From the NCBI GenBank assembly GCA_963795905.1, contig CAWCJG010000009.1, positions 342,097 to 406,096 on the forward strand: 64,000 nucleotides of DNA. The letters are read 5' to 3'. The position numbers and the translations under genes were made by a program. Positions 38,108-48,900 of this stretch are shown piece after piece; within the stretch, counting starts at the first letter, position 1; the number at the start of each line of letters is the position of its first letter. Under the pieces are notes generated by a model. That model saw nothing but the letters and a program-made list of their open reading frames with translations, did not search any database and was not told where the DNA came from. The DNA comes from an uncultured Acidobacteriaceae bacterium. Lineage in GTDB: Bacteria > Acidobacteriota > Terriglobia > Bryobacterales > Bryobacteraceae.

Positions 38108-39149
38108 CTACTTAGCCTGAATGAAGACGTCCATCTGCTCGCCCGGCCAGATTGGCGCATTGCGATCAAGCGCAAAAATCGCTTCAACCACGCGTGTATC
38201 CACCCGTTCGGCCGTGCCATTCGTGAGATTGACCTTCGGCATGACGTAAGGCTCGAAGCGCACAAAGTGAAGCGGATAGCGCGCATCGCCGCTGCCTCGC
38301 GGGCTGCCGATTGCGGCAGTATCTTGCGCGCACGCGCGGCGCGTCTTCTTCGTCGATGTCGACACGAACGTTCAAATGGGTGGTGTCGCCCATCAAGATC
38401 AATGGCTGGCTCAGCGGTCCGGCTTGCGCGTACTCGCCGGGGTGCACTTTGCACTGAAGGATCTCGCCATCGATCGGCGCGGTCACGACCAGACGGGCGA
38501 AATCCGCCTGTACGCGCTCCACCTGCCGCTGTGCTTCCGCGAGTTCCGCTTTGGCTTGTTGCAGGTCGGGTCCCCACGCGCCCGCTTTCAGCAGCGCGAG
38601 ATCCGCCTTCGCCTGCTCAAAGCGCGCTTTCGCCGCATTCACAGCAATCCGTCTGCGCAACAGATCTTCCTCGCGGATGGCGCGTTTGTCCGTCACGCTC
38701 TCGATCAGCCGCAATTGCGTTTGCGCGTCGTCCAGCATGTCGGAGGCTTCGCGTACACGCGCTTCGGCGGGCGGAATTTCTTCGGGCCGCGGCTCATTCA
38801 TCAGACGTTCCAGCTTTGGCACTCGCGACCGCTGACCGCACTCTGCCGCAGCGCAAGTTCGGCGCGCAGGTCGCGATCGTCCAGAGAGAACAGTTTTTCG
38901 CCCTTGCGCACGTGATCGCCGGCCTTCACGTAAACGCTAGTAACCAGCCCAGGAACCGGCAAACTGACGGCGATGTTCTCGGACGCCGCTTCCACAATGC
39001 CCGACGCCGCCCACCTGATTCGGATACGGGCTGATCGCCGGCGCCGCGGGCGGAGGCACAACCGTTCGCACCGGCTGTGTCCTCGCAATCGAGATCACCG
39101 CCAACACAAGCACAACTAAAGCAACACCGGGCAATCCGTACTTCAACAT
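38108..39149 (-). pseudogene. HlyD/MacA-type periplasmic adaptor (membrane fusion protein), frame broken about 3 times
   Basis: TM anchor MLKYGLPGVALVVLVLAVI, lipoyl-like GIVEAASENIAVSLPVPGLVTSVYVKAGDHVRKGEKLF, coiled coil, VVTAPIDGEIL, and C-terminal beta domain ARYPLHFVRFEPYV. Shifts near 39000, 38820 and 38328. Confidence 0.8.
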
Positions 39150-39175
39150 GATTTCTTCTCCTCAACGTGTTTCGG

Positions 39176-39877
39176 CTAAGCATTTCTCTGTTCGACTTCG
39201 ACGCGCAAAATGCGGCCGTCGTCCATATGCGCAATGCGATCGGCGAACTCGTACACGCGGCTGTCGTGCGTGACAACGATGACCGCACGATCGTGCCGCA
39301 CCGCGATTTTTCTCAGCAGTTCCATCACGGCATGTCCGGTCTCGTGATCGAGCGCGGAGGTCGGTTCGTCGCAGATCACCAGGCGCGGTTCATGCACCAA
39401 CGCGCGCGCAATCGCGACGCGTTGCTGCTGGCCGCCCGATAATTTGGACGGCAGCGTGCCCAGCCGGTTCGCCATCCCGAGTTCTGATAACAGTTCGGAC
39501 GCTTTCTGAACAGCGCGCTTGCGCGGCATGCCGGCTGCCAGCAGCGGCACCGCTGCATTCTCGGCCGCGGTCAAGGCAGGCAGCAAATTGTACTGCTGAA
39601 ACGCAAAGCCGAGATTCGCCCGCCGGAACCGGATCGCATCCCCGCCCCGCAGTTGCCGCATCTCTTGCCCCAGCACACTCAGATTCCCCGCGCTCGGATC
39701 AAGCAGGCCCGCGATCACCGAGATCAGCGTCGTCTTGCCGCAGCCGCTCGGCCCGACCAGCAGCGTCATCTCGCCAAATTCAATATCCAGATCCACCCCG
39801 CGCAGCACGAGCGTGCGATTATCGCCCGCGCCAAACTCTTTCGTAATGGAGGAACAGTTAACGGCCGCATTTCTCAT
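39176..39877 (-). CDS. ABC transporter ATP-binding protein (MacB/LolD/DevA type)
   Basis: Walker [11 protein letters not shown]-loop, signature [15 protein letters not shown], Walker [13 protein letters not shown] and an H-loop. Confidence 0.9.
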   Translation of the reverse strand: MRNAAVNCSSITKEFGAGDNRTLVLRGVDLDIEFGEMTLLVGPSGCGKTTLISVIAGLLDPSAGNLSVLGQEMRQLRGGDAIRFRRANLGFAFQQYNLLPALTAAENAAVPLLAAGMPRKRAVQKASELLSELGMANRLGTLPSKLSGGQQQRVAIARALVHEPRLVICDEPTSALDHETGHAVMELLRKIAVRHDRAVIVVTHDSRVYEFADRIAHMDDGRILRVEVEQRNA

Positions 39878-39889
39878 CGGGTTTCTCTC

Positions 39890-41055
39890 CTAACCTCGGA
39901 ACACCACCGCGGGTTCAAGCACCAGCACACGCCGAATACTCATCAAACTGGCGAGCACAATAATCACGAGCACCACGACGGCCGTGCCCGCCGCAATCTG
40001 CCATGGAAAAAAGAAGCTGCGCAGTTCGACCTGCTTCGTAAAGATCACGAAGAACGCGGCCGTTCCGGAGATGCCAATCGAATATCCGATCGCTCCAACC
40101 AGCAGCGCTTGCAGCAGAATCATCCTCGTGATCCGCCAATTCGTAACACCGATCGCTTTCAACGCTCCGAACTGCTTCAGATTTTCAAGCGTGAAGATAT
40201 AGAAGGTCTGCCCCGCCACCAGCGCACCCACAATCAGCGCCACCATGATCGTGATCCCGAAGTTCAGTGGAATGCCCGTGTGCTTGAAGTAGTAGCTCAT
40301 CGTCATCCAACCGAAGTCGTCGGAACTGAGAGCGCGCAAGCCCGTCGCTGCATCAATCCGCCTGCATAGTTCCTGTCACCGGCACGCCCGGAGTCGCTTT
40401 CACCAGGACGAAGGTCATCATGTTGCGTTCCGCGCCCTGCAACTGCAGCGCCTCGCTGTATCGCGTATAGAAAACCGGCATGTTCGTGAATGGCGAGGAC
40501 GATTCAAACACGCCCACGACTTTGACCCGGTGATCGTTCATCTCGAATACGTCGCCGGTGCGGAACGGCTGATTGGGGAAGAAATAGCTGAAGGCAGAGC
40601 GATCGATCAGCACAGAATCTGGTTGCCGCAGGTCCGCAATGGACCCGACGAAAAGGCGTCGTGGCGCACCCGGCCAGCGAGTTATCATCCACCGACATCA
40701 AAATGATGGAGCGGAACGTGCCATCCGCCGCGCGAGCCGTAGGCAAGCCCCGCCGCATCGCCACTGCCCACTTCACGCCGGGCACACTGCGCACCTGATA
40801 GACTGCCTGGTCGGGCAGCGCTTTCTCTTCATCGAAGTACTGCGTTTCGGGATGCATCACCCAGATATCGGCATCCTGCACGTCGCGGATCTGGCTGCGC
40901 GTGTTATTCATGACTCCGGCAAAGATCGAGCTCTGATGCGACATCAGAAACGTGGAGAATGCGACCGCGATAACCAGACCGAGGTACTTGATCCGATCCC
41001 CGAGCAGCATCTGTAGTGCAACAAAGTTCATCAGCAGATCCTTCTTTATGAACAA
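39890..41055 (-). pseudogene. ABC exporter permease (FtsX/DevC type), frame broken about 2 times
   Basis: The N-terminal TM plus periplasmic domain is in ORF 40504-41055, continues in 40353-40688, and the FtsX TM bundle (FGALKAIGVTNWRI...) is in 39890-40339. Shifts near 40670 and 40355. Confidence 0.8.
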
Positions 41056-41102
41056 CGATTACTGGATGAACATCGTTCACTAAAAGATAAAAAAATTTTC
41101 GG

Positions 41103-41717
41103 TTACGAGCTGGGCTTACGCAGCCCCTCCGTAACCATGTCGAGGACGGTGTCGATCAGCCGGCTGCTTTCAATAAATGGGAACCCGGATTTAACAATCA
41201 GCAGGGAGGCGACGCCATGGACGGCCGACCAGGTCGCCTGACTCACTGCGTGTACGTCGGTATTGCGCAGTAAATTGTGATCGATACATTGCTGCACTAC
41301 CCGGCAAAGCTCCTCAAAGCACTTCAATCCTGTCTGATGAGTCTCGTCCGAGATCCGCATGGAAGCCGACGAGTTCGTCATGAACGTCAACATGTACTGC
41401 GCCGGATTTTCCAGCGCGAAATTCACATACGTGTGGCCGACGCGGCGCAATTTCTCGAGCGGCGGCGCGCTGTCTTCGGCGATCGCGTGCAAACGCGCGT
41501 GCAGTTTCCCGAATGACTCTTGACATAGTGACTCCAGGATTTCTGCCTTGTCCTTGAAATACAAATAGATCGTGCCCGGGGCGTATTCGATTTTGTCGGC
41601 GATCTTACGGATCGACACGTTGTCGTAGCCCTGCTTCACAAACATCGTGCGAGCCGTGTCCAGGATTTCCTCCCGGAGGTTGGCGCGATTTCGAGCCCGG
41701 CGATCTTTACTACTCAT
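41103..41717 (-). CDS. TetR/AcrR family transcriptional regulator
   Basis: N-terminal HTH EEILDTARTMFVKQGYDNVSIRKIADKIEYAPGTIYLYFKDK. Its ATG abuts the sigma-factor stop with zero spacing. Confidence 0.9.
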   Translation of the reverse strand: MSSKDRRARNRANLREEILDTARTMFVKQGYDNVSIRKIADKIEYAPGTIYLYFKDKAEILESLCQESFGKLHARLHAIAEDSAPPLEKLRRVGHTYVNFALENPAQYMLTFMTNSSASMRISDETHQTGLKCFEELCRVVQQCIDHNLLRNTDVHAVSQATWSAVHGVASLLIVKSGFPFIESSRLIDTVLDMVTEGLRKPSS

Positions 41718-42989
41718 CTACTGAACAATGTTCATTTTGACACTGATACCGTTTTCCGTCAAGTCGGCACGCCGTTTTTCGAGAAACCGGCGCTCGGCCG
41801 CGTTGCCCGCCAGTTCCAATGCCTTACCGTAATCTTCCATCGCCTCTGCACGCTGGTCCAGGCGGCGCCGCAGATCCGCCCGTACAGCGTAGAAAAGATG
41901 ATACCGTTCGAGTTCCCCATCTTCATCACAGCGCTCAAGATCGGCCAATCCCGCTTCGGCCCCACGCAGCATCGCGACCGCCACGCTGCGGTTCAGTTTC
42001 GCGACCGGAGACGGCCATTGCGCGACGAGCAAATCATATAGAGCAACAATCTGCTGCCAATCGGTTTGGGCGCTGGACGGGGCGGCGGCGTGCAGTGCGG
42101 CAATACCCGCTTGCAGAGCGTACGGTCCAGCCCCATTGCGCAGAGCTTCTTCCACCAGGGGCAGTGCTTCTGCTATTTCGGTCCGATTCCACAGCGTCCG
42201 GTTCTGATCTTCCAGCAGGATCAGATCGCCCGCCGCATCCAGCCGGGCCGCTTTGCGTGAGTCCTGCAGCAGCAGCAGCGCCAATACCCCGCTCACTTCG
42301 GATTGCGTTCCCGCGAGCAGACGCCGCACCAGACGCGCCAAACGAATCGCTTCCGCGCACAGGTCGGTTCGAATCAGCGAATCTCCCGTTGTAGCGGCAT
42401 AGCCTTCGTTGAACACTAAATAGATGACGGCCAGCACGGTCTCCAGCCGCTCCGCAATCGCCGCCGCTTCCGGAACAACATAAGGGATTCGTGCGTCCCG
42501 GATTTTCCTCTTGGCGCGCACCAGCCGTTGCGCCATGGTAGGCTCCGGCGTCATAAACGCGCGCGCGATTTCATCCGTCCGTAATCCGCACAGCGTTCGC
42601 AGTGTCAGCGCGACCTGCGCTTCGGGCGCGAGCGCCGGGTGACAACAGGTGAAGATCAGCCGCAGTCGGTCATCCGGGATGTCGCTCCCTTCCATGGGAG
42701 CCTGCTCTGCGGCCTCGGAAAGATACGCGATCTCCTGCGCCTTCCGTGCAAAATTCCGTTCGCGCCGGATACGATCAATCCCTTTATTGCGCGCCGTCTG
42801 AATGATCCAGGCGCGCGGCTGCCCGGGAATTCCCGTCGCCCGCCACTGCTCCACCGCGACGGCAAACGCCTCCTGAGCGCATTCCTCCGCCAGATCGAAG
42901 TCGCCCAGCAGCCGGATGAGCGTGGCGACAATCCGGTCCCATTCCCGCGCATATAGGGACTCCACTGCGTTTGCGACTTCTACGTACAC
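41718..42989 (-). CDS. ECF-type RNA polymerase sigma factor with long C-terminal TPR-like extension (DUF6596 type, usually linked to YciI genes)
   Basis: Sigma-2 (LLGDFDLAEECAQEAFAVAVEQW, PRAWIIQTARNKGIDRIRR), sigma-4 (EAQVALTLRTLCGLRTDEIARAFMTPEPTMAQRLVRAKRKI) and about 200 aa of helical repeats. Confidence 0.8.
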   Translation of the reverse strand: MYVEVANAVESLYAREWDRIVATLIRLLGDFDLAEECAQEAFAVAVEQWRATGIPGQPRAWIIQTARNKGIDRIRRERNFARKAQEIAYLSEAAEQAPMEGSDIPDDRLRLIFTCCHPALAPEAQVALTLRTLCGLRTDEIARAFMTPEPTMAQRLVRAKRKIRDARIPYVVPEAAAIAERLETVLAVIYLVFNEGYAATTGDSLIRTDLCAEAIRLARLVRRLLAGTQSEVSGVLALLLLQDSRKAARLDAAGDLILLEDQNRTLWNRTEIAEALPLVEEALRNGAGPYALQAGIAALHAAAPSSAQTDWQQIVALYDLLVAQWPSPVAKLNRSVAVAMLRGAEAGLADLERCDEDGELERYHLFYAVRADLRRRLDQRAEAMEDYGKALELAGNAAERRFLEKRRADLTENGISVKMNIVQ

Positions 42990-43063
42990 CCATCGATTGT
43001 AAAATTCGTGAATGCCGGTCGATTTCGATCAGGCCCGTTCGACTCCATGATGAGGATCGCCCT

Positions 43064-43465
43064 ATGAAGTACATGATGTTGATCTACGCCGACGAAAACG
43101 CCTGGACGGAAGAGGAACGGCAGGCCTGTTATGCCCAATCCACCGGGCTCGCGCAGGAATTGCATGCGAATGGGAAGTTCGTGGGAGCTGCCCCCCTCCA
43201 CTCCGCCGCCACCGCAACCTGTATAAAGATGCGCAATTCGCGCCCTTTGATTACGGATGGGCCGTTCACGGAGGCACGCGAACAGCTTGGCGGATTCTTT
43301 CTCGTCGAAGCGCGCGACCTGGATGAAGCGCTGGCGATCGCATCACGCATCCCCTCCGCCACGCGAGGCACGGTGGAGATCCGCCCGGTCGTCGAGATCC
43401 CAAATCTGCCGAATAATTTTGCGCAGGATGTCGACCTCGCCGCCCCTGTTTCGACTAAACAGTGA
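43064..43465 (+). CDS. YciI family protein
   Basis: MKYMMLIYADE...DGPFTEAREQLGGFFLVEARDLDEALAIASRIP is the typical YCII/DGPF domain. Confidence 0.85.
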   Translation: MKYMMLIYADENAWTEEERQACYAQSTGLAQELHANGKFVGAAPLHSAATATCIKMRNSRPLITDGPFTEAREQLGGFFLVEARDLDEALAIASRIPSATRGTVEIRPVVEIPNLPNNFAQDVDLAAPVSTKQ

Positions 43466-43480
43466 AAGGATGAAAACCCC

Positions 43481-43903
43481 ATGCAAGTGAATCCCTACCT
43501 CTTCTTTGACGGCCAATGCGAAGCGGCCTTCCAGTTCTATGCAAAGTGCCTGCGAACCGATATCCTCGCTTCCCTCAAATACGGCGATATGGGTAATTGC
43601 GAATCGCTCCCGCCCGGCAGCAAGGACCGCGTCATGCATACAGCGATGAAAGCCGGAAATGCCGTAGTCATGGCTTCGGACTGCCCTCCCGGCCAATACG
43701 AGAAGCCGCAAGGATTGGCCGTCTCGCTGGACTTCCCCGATGCGGCGGAAGCGGAACGCGTCTTCACTGAATTGTCCGATGGTGCGCAAATCACCATGCC
43801 CATGGCCGAGACCTTCTGGGCGACCAAGTTTGGCATGCTAACCGATCGCTTTGGAACTCCCTGGATGATCGGCGCCAGCAAACCGCAGCAGGCACAGGCA
43901 TGA
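43481..43903 (+). CDS. VOC family protein (PhnB / 3-demethylubiquinone methyltransferase-like glyoxalase fold)
   Basis: [20 protein letters not shown]...HTAMKAG...MASD...[19 protein letters not shown]. Confidence 0.85.
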   Translation: MQVNPYLFFDGQCEAAFQFYAKCLRTDILASLKYGDMGNCESLPPGSKDRVMHTAMKAGNAVVMASDCPPGQYEKPQGLAVSLDFPDAAEAERVFTELSDGAQITMPMAETFWATKFGMLTDRFGTPWMIGASKPQQAQA

Positions 43904-45015
43904 GCTCCGTCCGGGTTCTCGTAGGCACGCGCAAAGGCGCATTCGTTCTCACGTCCGATGGCAAACGCGAGAACTGGAAAGTCGACGGGCCTCACTTCGG
44001 CGGATGGCAGCTGTACCACGTCAAAGGCTCGCCCGTAAATCCGGATCGCATCTACGCTTCGCAATCGAGCAGCTGGTTCGGTCAGGTCGTCCAGCGGTCC
44101 GACGATGGCGGGAAAACCTGGGAAGCGGTCAGCAACCAGTTCCCCTACGACGGCACGCCCGGCACGCATCAATGGTATGACGGCACGCCCCATCCATGGG
44201 CATTCAAGCGCGTCTGGCATTTCGAGCCTTGTCTGAAGGACCCCGACACGGTTTACGCCGGGATCGAAGATGCCGCGATTTTCCTCTCGAAAGATGGCGG
44301 CACATCGTGGGCCGAGTTGCCTGGCTTGCGCACCCAGGAGACCGGCCCGAAATGGCAGCCCGGCGCGGGCGGCATGTGCCTGCACACAATCCTCCTCGAT
44401 CCGAAAAACGCAGGACGAATGTATGTCGCAATTTCTGCTGCCGGCGTTTTCCGCTCAGACGACGGCGGCAGCTCGTGGCGGCCGATCACTCGCGGCCTCG
44501 TATCGAACTTTTTGCCCGATCCCAAAGCCGAGGTCGGCCATTGCGTACACCGCATCGCGCTACACCGCGATCGCCCGGACACCCTGTTCATGCAGAAGCA
44601 TTGGGACGTCATGCGCAGCGATAACGGCGGTGAATTGTGGACCGAAGTGAGCGGGAATCTGCCCACCGACTTCGGCTTCGTCGTCGATGTGCACGCGCAT
44701 GAACCGGAAACAATCTACGTGGTGCCGATCAAGAGCGATTCCGAACATTACCCCATGGACGGCGCCCTCCGCGTCTATCGCAGCAAAACCGGCGGCAACG
44801 AATGGGAACCGCTCACCAACGGCCTGCCGCAATCGGACTGCTACGTGAACGTGCTGCGCGACGCCATGGCGATCGATTCGATCGAAGACTGTGGCGTCTA
44901 TTTCGGCACTACGGGCGGTCAGGTTTACGTATCTCCCGATTCAGGCGATACCTGGCGTCCCATCGTCCACGACCTCCCGACGGTGTTGTCGGTCGAGGTA
45001 CAAACGCTGCTATGA
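43900..45015 (+). CDS. cytoplasmic Asp-box (BNR) repeat beta-propeller protein (annotated elsewhere as exo-alpha-sialidase-like / WD40-YVTN-BNR-like)
   Basis: 371 aa with no signal peptide. Five Asp-boxes: [44 protein letters not shown] overlap with the upstream VOC stop. Confidence 0.8.
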   Translation: MSSVRVLVGTRKGAFVLTSDGKRENWKVDGPHFGGWQLYHVKGSPVNPDRIYASQSSSWFGQVVQRSDDGGKTWEAVSNQFPYDGTPGTHQWYDGTPHPWAFKRVWHFEPCLKDPDTVYAGIEDAAIFLSKDGGTSWAELPGLRTQETGPKWQPGAGGMCLHTILLDPKNAGRMYVAISAAGVFRSDDGGSSWRPITRGLVSNFLPDPKAEVGHCVHRIALHRDRPDTLFMQKHWDVMRSDNGGELWTEVSGNLPTDFGFVVDVHAHEPETIYVVPIKSDSEHYPMDGALRVYRSKTGGNEWEPLTNGLPQSDCYVNVLRDAMAIDSIEDCGVYFGTTGGQVYVSPDSGDTWRPIVHDLPTVLSVEVQTLL

Positions 45016-45305
45016 TTCGCGTGGTCCTGCCGGCGCACTTGCGAACGCTGGCGCGGACCGGCGCGGAAGTGTCGCTCGAACCGGCATCCGCAACCATCCA
45101 AGGCGTGATCGACTGCCTGGAAGCAACCTATCCCAGCCTCTTCGGCACTCTGCGCGACACGGCGACAGGCCAGCGGCGCGCCTTCGTCCGCTTCTTTGTG
45201 TGCGGCGAAGACTGGTCGCACGAGCCAATGCAAACACAGCTGCCGGACGCCGTCGCGCAGGGCCTCGAACCTCTATTGTGTGTCGGCGCTATCGCCGGCG
45301 GTTGA
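45012..45305 (+). CDS. MoaD/ThiS family beta-grasp protein with C-terminal Gly-Gly
   Basis: 97 aa: [14 protein letters not shown]...[12 protein letters not shown]-stop. ATGA overlap with the propeller gene stop. Confidence 0.75.
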   Translation: MIRVVLPAHLRTLARTGAEVSLEPASATIQGVIDCLEATYPSLFGTLRDTATGQRRAFVRFFVCGEDWSHEPMQTQLPDAVAQGLEPLLCVGAIAGG

Positions 45306-45746
45306 ATCGTCGATTCGCTGGCGAGAGGCCAGTTCGCAGTCGTTCCAGAAGTCGTTTAGATGGCGCAGAACAGCCATGTTGCCCTCAAGGTCCATCGGCT
45401 TCCTGATGTACGCGTTGGCATGCGCGCTATAGCAGGCCTCGACATCTCGCTCAGACCGCGAGCTCGATAGCATCACAACCGGTATCGATCGTAGTTGGTC
45501 GTCTGACTTTATGCGCCGCAGCACTTCACAGCCATCCATGCCCGGCATGTTGAGGTCGAGCAGAACCAGATCAGGCCGAGGAGCCTGCTGGAAAGGTGCC
45601 CTTCGGTAAAGGAACTCCAGCGCCTCTTCCCCGTTGCGACAACAATGGCACCGGTGAGATAGGCCCATGTCCTGAATCAACGTCTGCAACAGCGACACTC
45701 GGCCCGTATCGTCGTCAACGATCAACAGATCGAAGCTACGCCCCAT
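45273..45746 (-). CDS. single-domain response regulator (CheY-like receiver)
   Basis: LLIVDDD...[14 protein letters not shown]...PVVMLSSS...ANAYIRKP. Divergent from the CheB/CheR kinase gene. Its 3-prime end overlaps the moaD-like gene by 33 nt. Confidence 0.85.
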   Translation of the reverse strand: MGRSFDLLIVDDDTGRVSLLQTLIQDMGLSHRCHCCRNGEEALEFLYRRAPFQQAPRPDLVLLDLNMPGMDGCEVLRRIKSDDQLRSIPVVMLSSSRSERDVEACYSAHANAYIRKPMDLEGNMAVLRHLNDFWNDCELASRQRIDDSTAGDSADTQ

Positions 45747-45929
45747 AGAACACCTCGGCCCGGCACATCTCGGCCACGGCGGCCTCTATTCAAGTTCGAC
45801 GGCGGCAACAAGGAATTTAGATCCAATTTTCCTGTTCAGCCGCCCCAACGCTTCGAACCTATACTAAGACCAGCACCGCGGATCACCACCGGTCCCACGG
45901 CGCAGAAGTACGCGATAGGAGAGCCCGGT

Positions 45930-48900
45930 ATGCAAGAAGAGCTGAATGGACGACAGGGTTTACCCGGACTCGGCGAGCTTGCGACCGACACGGATATCAG
46001 CCCTCCACGCGGAAATCCATTCCCGATTGTCGGGATCGGCGCATCTGCCGGTGGGCTCGAGGCCTTCGCCGAATTCTTTTCTGCTTTGCCACTCGATACA
46101 GGCATGTGTTTCGTCTGTGTCCAACACCTGGACCCCGCGCACGAAAGCCTGCTGCCAGAACTACTGGGCTCCCATACGCGTTTACCTGTGCTCTCGGTTC
46201 AGGACGGCGTCAAGGTCACGCCGAATCACGTGTATGTCATCCCGCCGAACACCAGCATCGAACTGGTCGATGGCACCCTGCGGCTGGTCGCGCGAGAGCC
46301 GGGCCTGCATCTTCCCATCGACATTTTTTTCCGTTCTTTAGCTGCGGTTCAGGGAAGCCGCGCTATCGGCGTAGTCCTTTCGGGCAACGCCTCGGACGGC
46401 AGCGTCGGCGTGCGCGATATCAAGGCGGAGTGTGGCATCACATTTGCCCAAACCGAGAGCACAGCACGCTTTGGAGGCATGCCGCGCAATGCTGTCGCTA
46501 CCGGCGCGGTGGACTATGTGCTCAGCCCCATGGAAATTGCGCGAGAACTTGCCGCCATCGCGAAACATCCCTTTCTGATCCCGAGCGAGCCGGGTGATGC
46601 TCAATCGGAGACGTTGCCGGAAGGAGACGGCTCACTTCGGCGGCTCTTCTCGTTGCTGCATAACGCAACCAAAGTGGATTTCACCCGCTATAAACCAACC
46701 ACGATTCGGCGGCGCGTCGGCCGAAGGATGATGGTCCAGCGGGTCGACTCTCTATCCGAGTACGCCCAGTATGTCGAGCGTCACCCCGCGGAACTGCGCG
46801 AGCTCTATCGGGATCTCCTGATTAGCGTCACCAGCTTCTTCCGCGACCCTGAGAATTTCGATGTCTTGATAAAACTTCTGGTAAGCACACTTACCGGGCG
46901 CAGCAACAAAGAAGAATCTGTTCGTGTCTGGGTCCCCGGATGCGCCACTGGGGAAGAGGTGTATTCGCTCGCAATCTGTCTCTATGAGGTGCTCAAAGAC
47001 AATCAACTCTCTGTGCCTCTCCAGCTCTTTGGTACCGATATCAGCGATGTTGCCCTGGATCGGGCGCGGCGCGGACTGTATCCGGTCGGCATCGAGGAGG
47101 ATCTCCAACCGGAGCGTCTCAGGCGCTTCTTTAGCAAGGTGGACAGCGGCTATCAGATCAACAAAGTCATACGCGAAAGCTGTGTCTTCGCTCGTCACGA
47201 CGTGACAAAGGATCCGCCATTCTCGAATCTCGACCTCGTCAGTTGCCGGAATCTGTTGATTTACCTGGATCTAACGGCGCAGCGGCACGTGCTTCCGGTA
47301 TTCCACTATGCGCTCAAACCGAATGGCCTGCTCATGTTGGGCAGCGCGGAAGGCATAGCCGCCGGCTCGGATCTCTTTCTTGTCGTCGACCAGCAGCACA
47401 AAATCTACGCCCGCAAGGCAACGCCGCCGAGACTGCCCTTGGATCTTGCAATGGGGACCTCGCTGTTCGATGGACCGCCATCGAGCCCACCCGCGGTGTC
47501 GAGCGCTGTCGAACTCCAGCGGAGACTCGATCGCGTCATCCAGAGCAAGTACTCTCCAGATGCAGTGCTCATCAACGCCGAGTTCCAGATCGTGCAATTT
47601 CGGGGACATACCAGCGCCTATCTCGATCCATCACCCGGGCAAGCGACCCTCAACGTACTCAGGATGGCAAGAGAAGATCTCGTGCTGCCGCTCCGGCGCG
47701 TCGTCCAAGCGGCCAACGACACAAACGCGCCGGTCCGGGAATCGGGAATCGAGCTCGAAAGCGGTGGACAGAGCACGCGCCTCGCCCTGGAAGCCACGCC
47801 CGTTCCTGGCATTGATGCGGGAGAGAAATATTTCCTGATCGTGTTTGTACGCGAAGGACCTCCCATCGCCCTGACGGTTCCCGGCCAAAATGACGAGTCC
47901 CTCGCAGTTGACGAACAGATTGCGAAGCTCCAGCGAGAACTGAGCGAGACCCGCGAGTATCTTCGTAATCTGACCGAACAGTACGAGGCCCATTCCGAGG
48001 AGTTGCGCGCCGCCAACGAGGAAGCGCGCAGCGCCAACGAAGAACTGCAGTCCACGAACGAGGAACTGCGAACCACCAAAGAGGAACTCCAATCGGCCAA
48101 CGAGGAGCTAACCACGGTCAACGAGGAACTCCAGAGCAGAAATCAGGAGTTGAACGCCACTAACAGCGATTTAAAAAATCTGCTGAGCGCCATCACCGTC
48201 CCGATTCTGATGGTCGATTCCGATCTTCGTGTCCGTCGTTTCAATACGGCCGCCGGGAGCCTGTTTGAACTCGGGCCCGTGGACATCGGCAGACCCGTGG
48301 GCCACCTCAGAGGACGTATTGAGACGCCGAAACTCGAACTGCAAGTCAGGACCGTGATTGAGACACTGCATCCCGCCTCCGAGGAACTCCAGGATTCGGA
48401 AGGTTGCTGGTACTCCTTGACCATCAGACCCTACCGTACAATCGACGATCGCATTGCCGGCGGCGTGGTCACGCTGCAAGACATCGATCCGCTGAAACGT
48501 GGACTGCAGGCCGCCGAGGAAGCCCGCGATTACGCGGAGGGAATGATCGAGACTGTTCGTGAGCCGCTGGTGGTTCTCGATTCAGATCTGCGTGTGCAAC
48601 GCGCGACCCGCGCCTTCTACGATACGTTTCTGGTCACGCGTGAAGAGACCGAAGGCCGGTTACTCTATGATCTCGGAAACGGCGAGTGGAACCAGCCCCG
48701 CCTGCGAGAACTCATCGGCGCGGCGTTATTTCGCTCAGAGCCGTTTCACGATTTCGAGATCCATCACGACTTCCCTCACATCGGGCGCAGAGTCATGCGT
48801 TTGAACGCGCGCCGCATCCCGTTCCCACAATCGCAAAGGCGCATGCTGCTGCTTTCCATCGAGGATGTGACCGAGCGCCAGGAAATCGCGGAACTACGCT

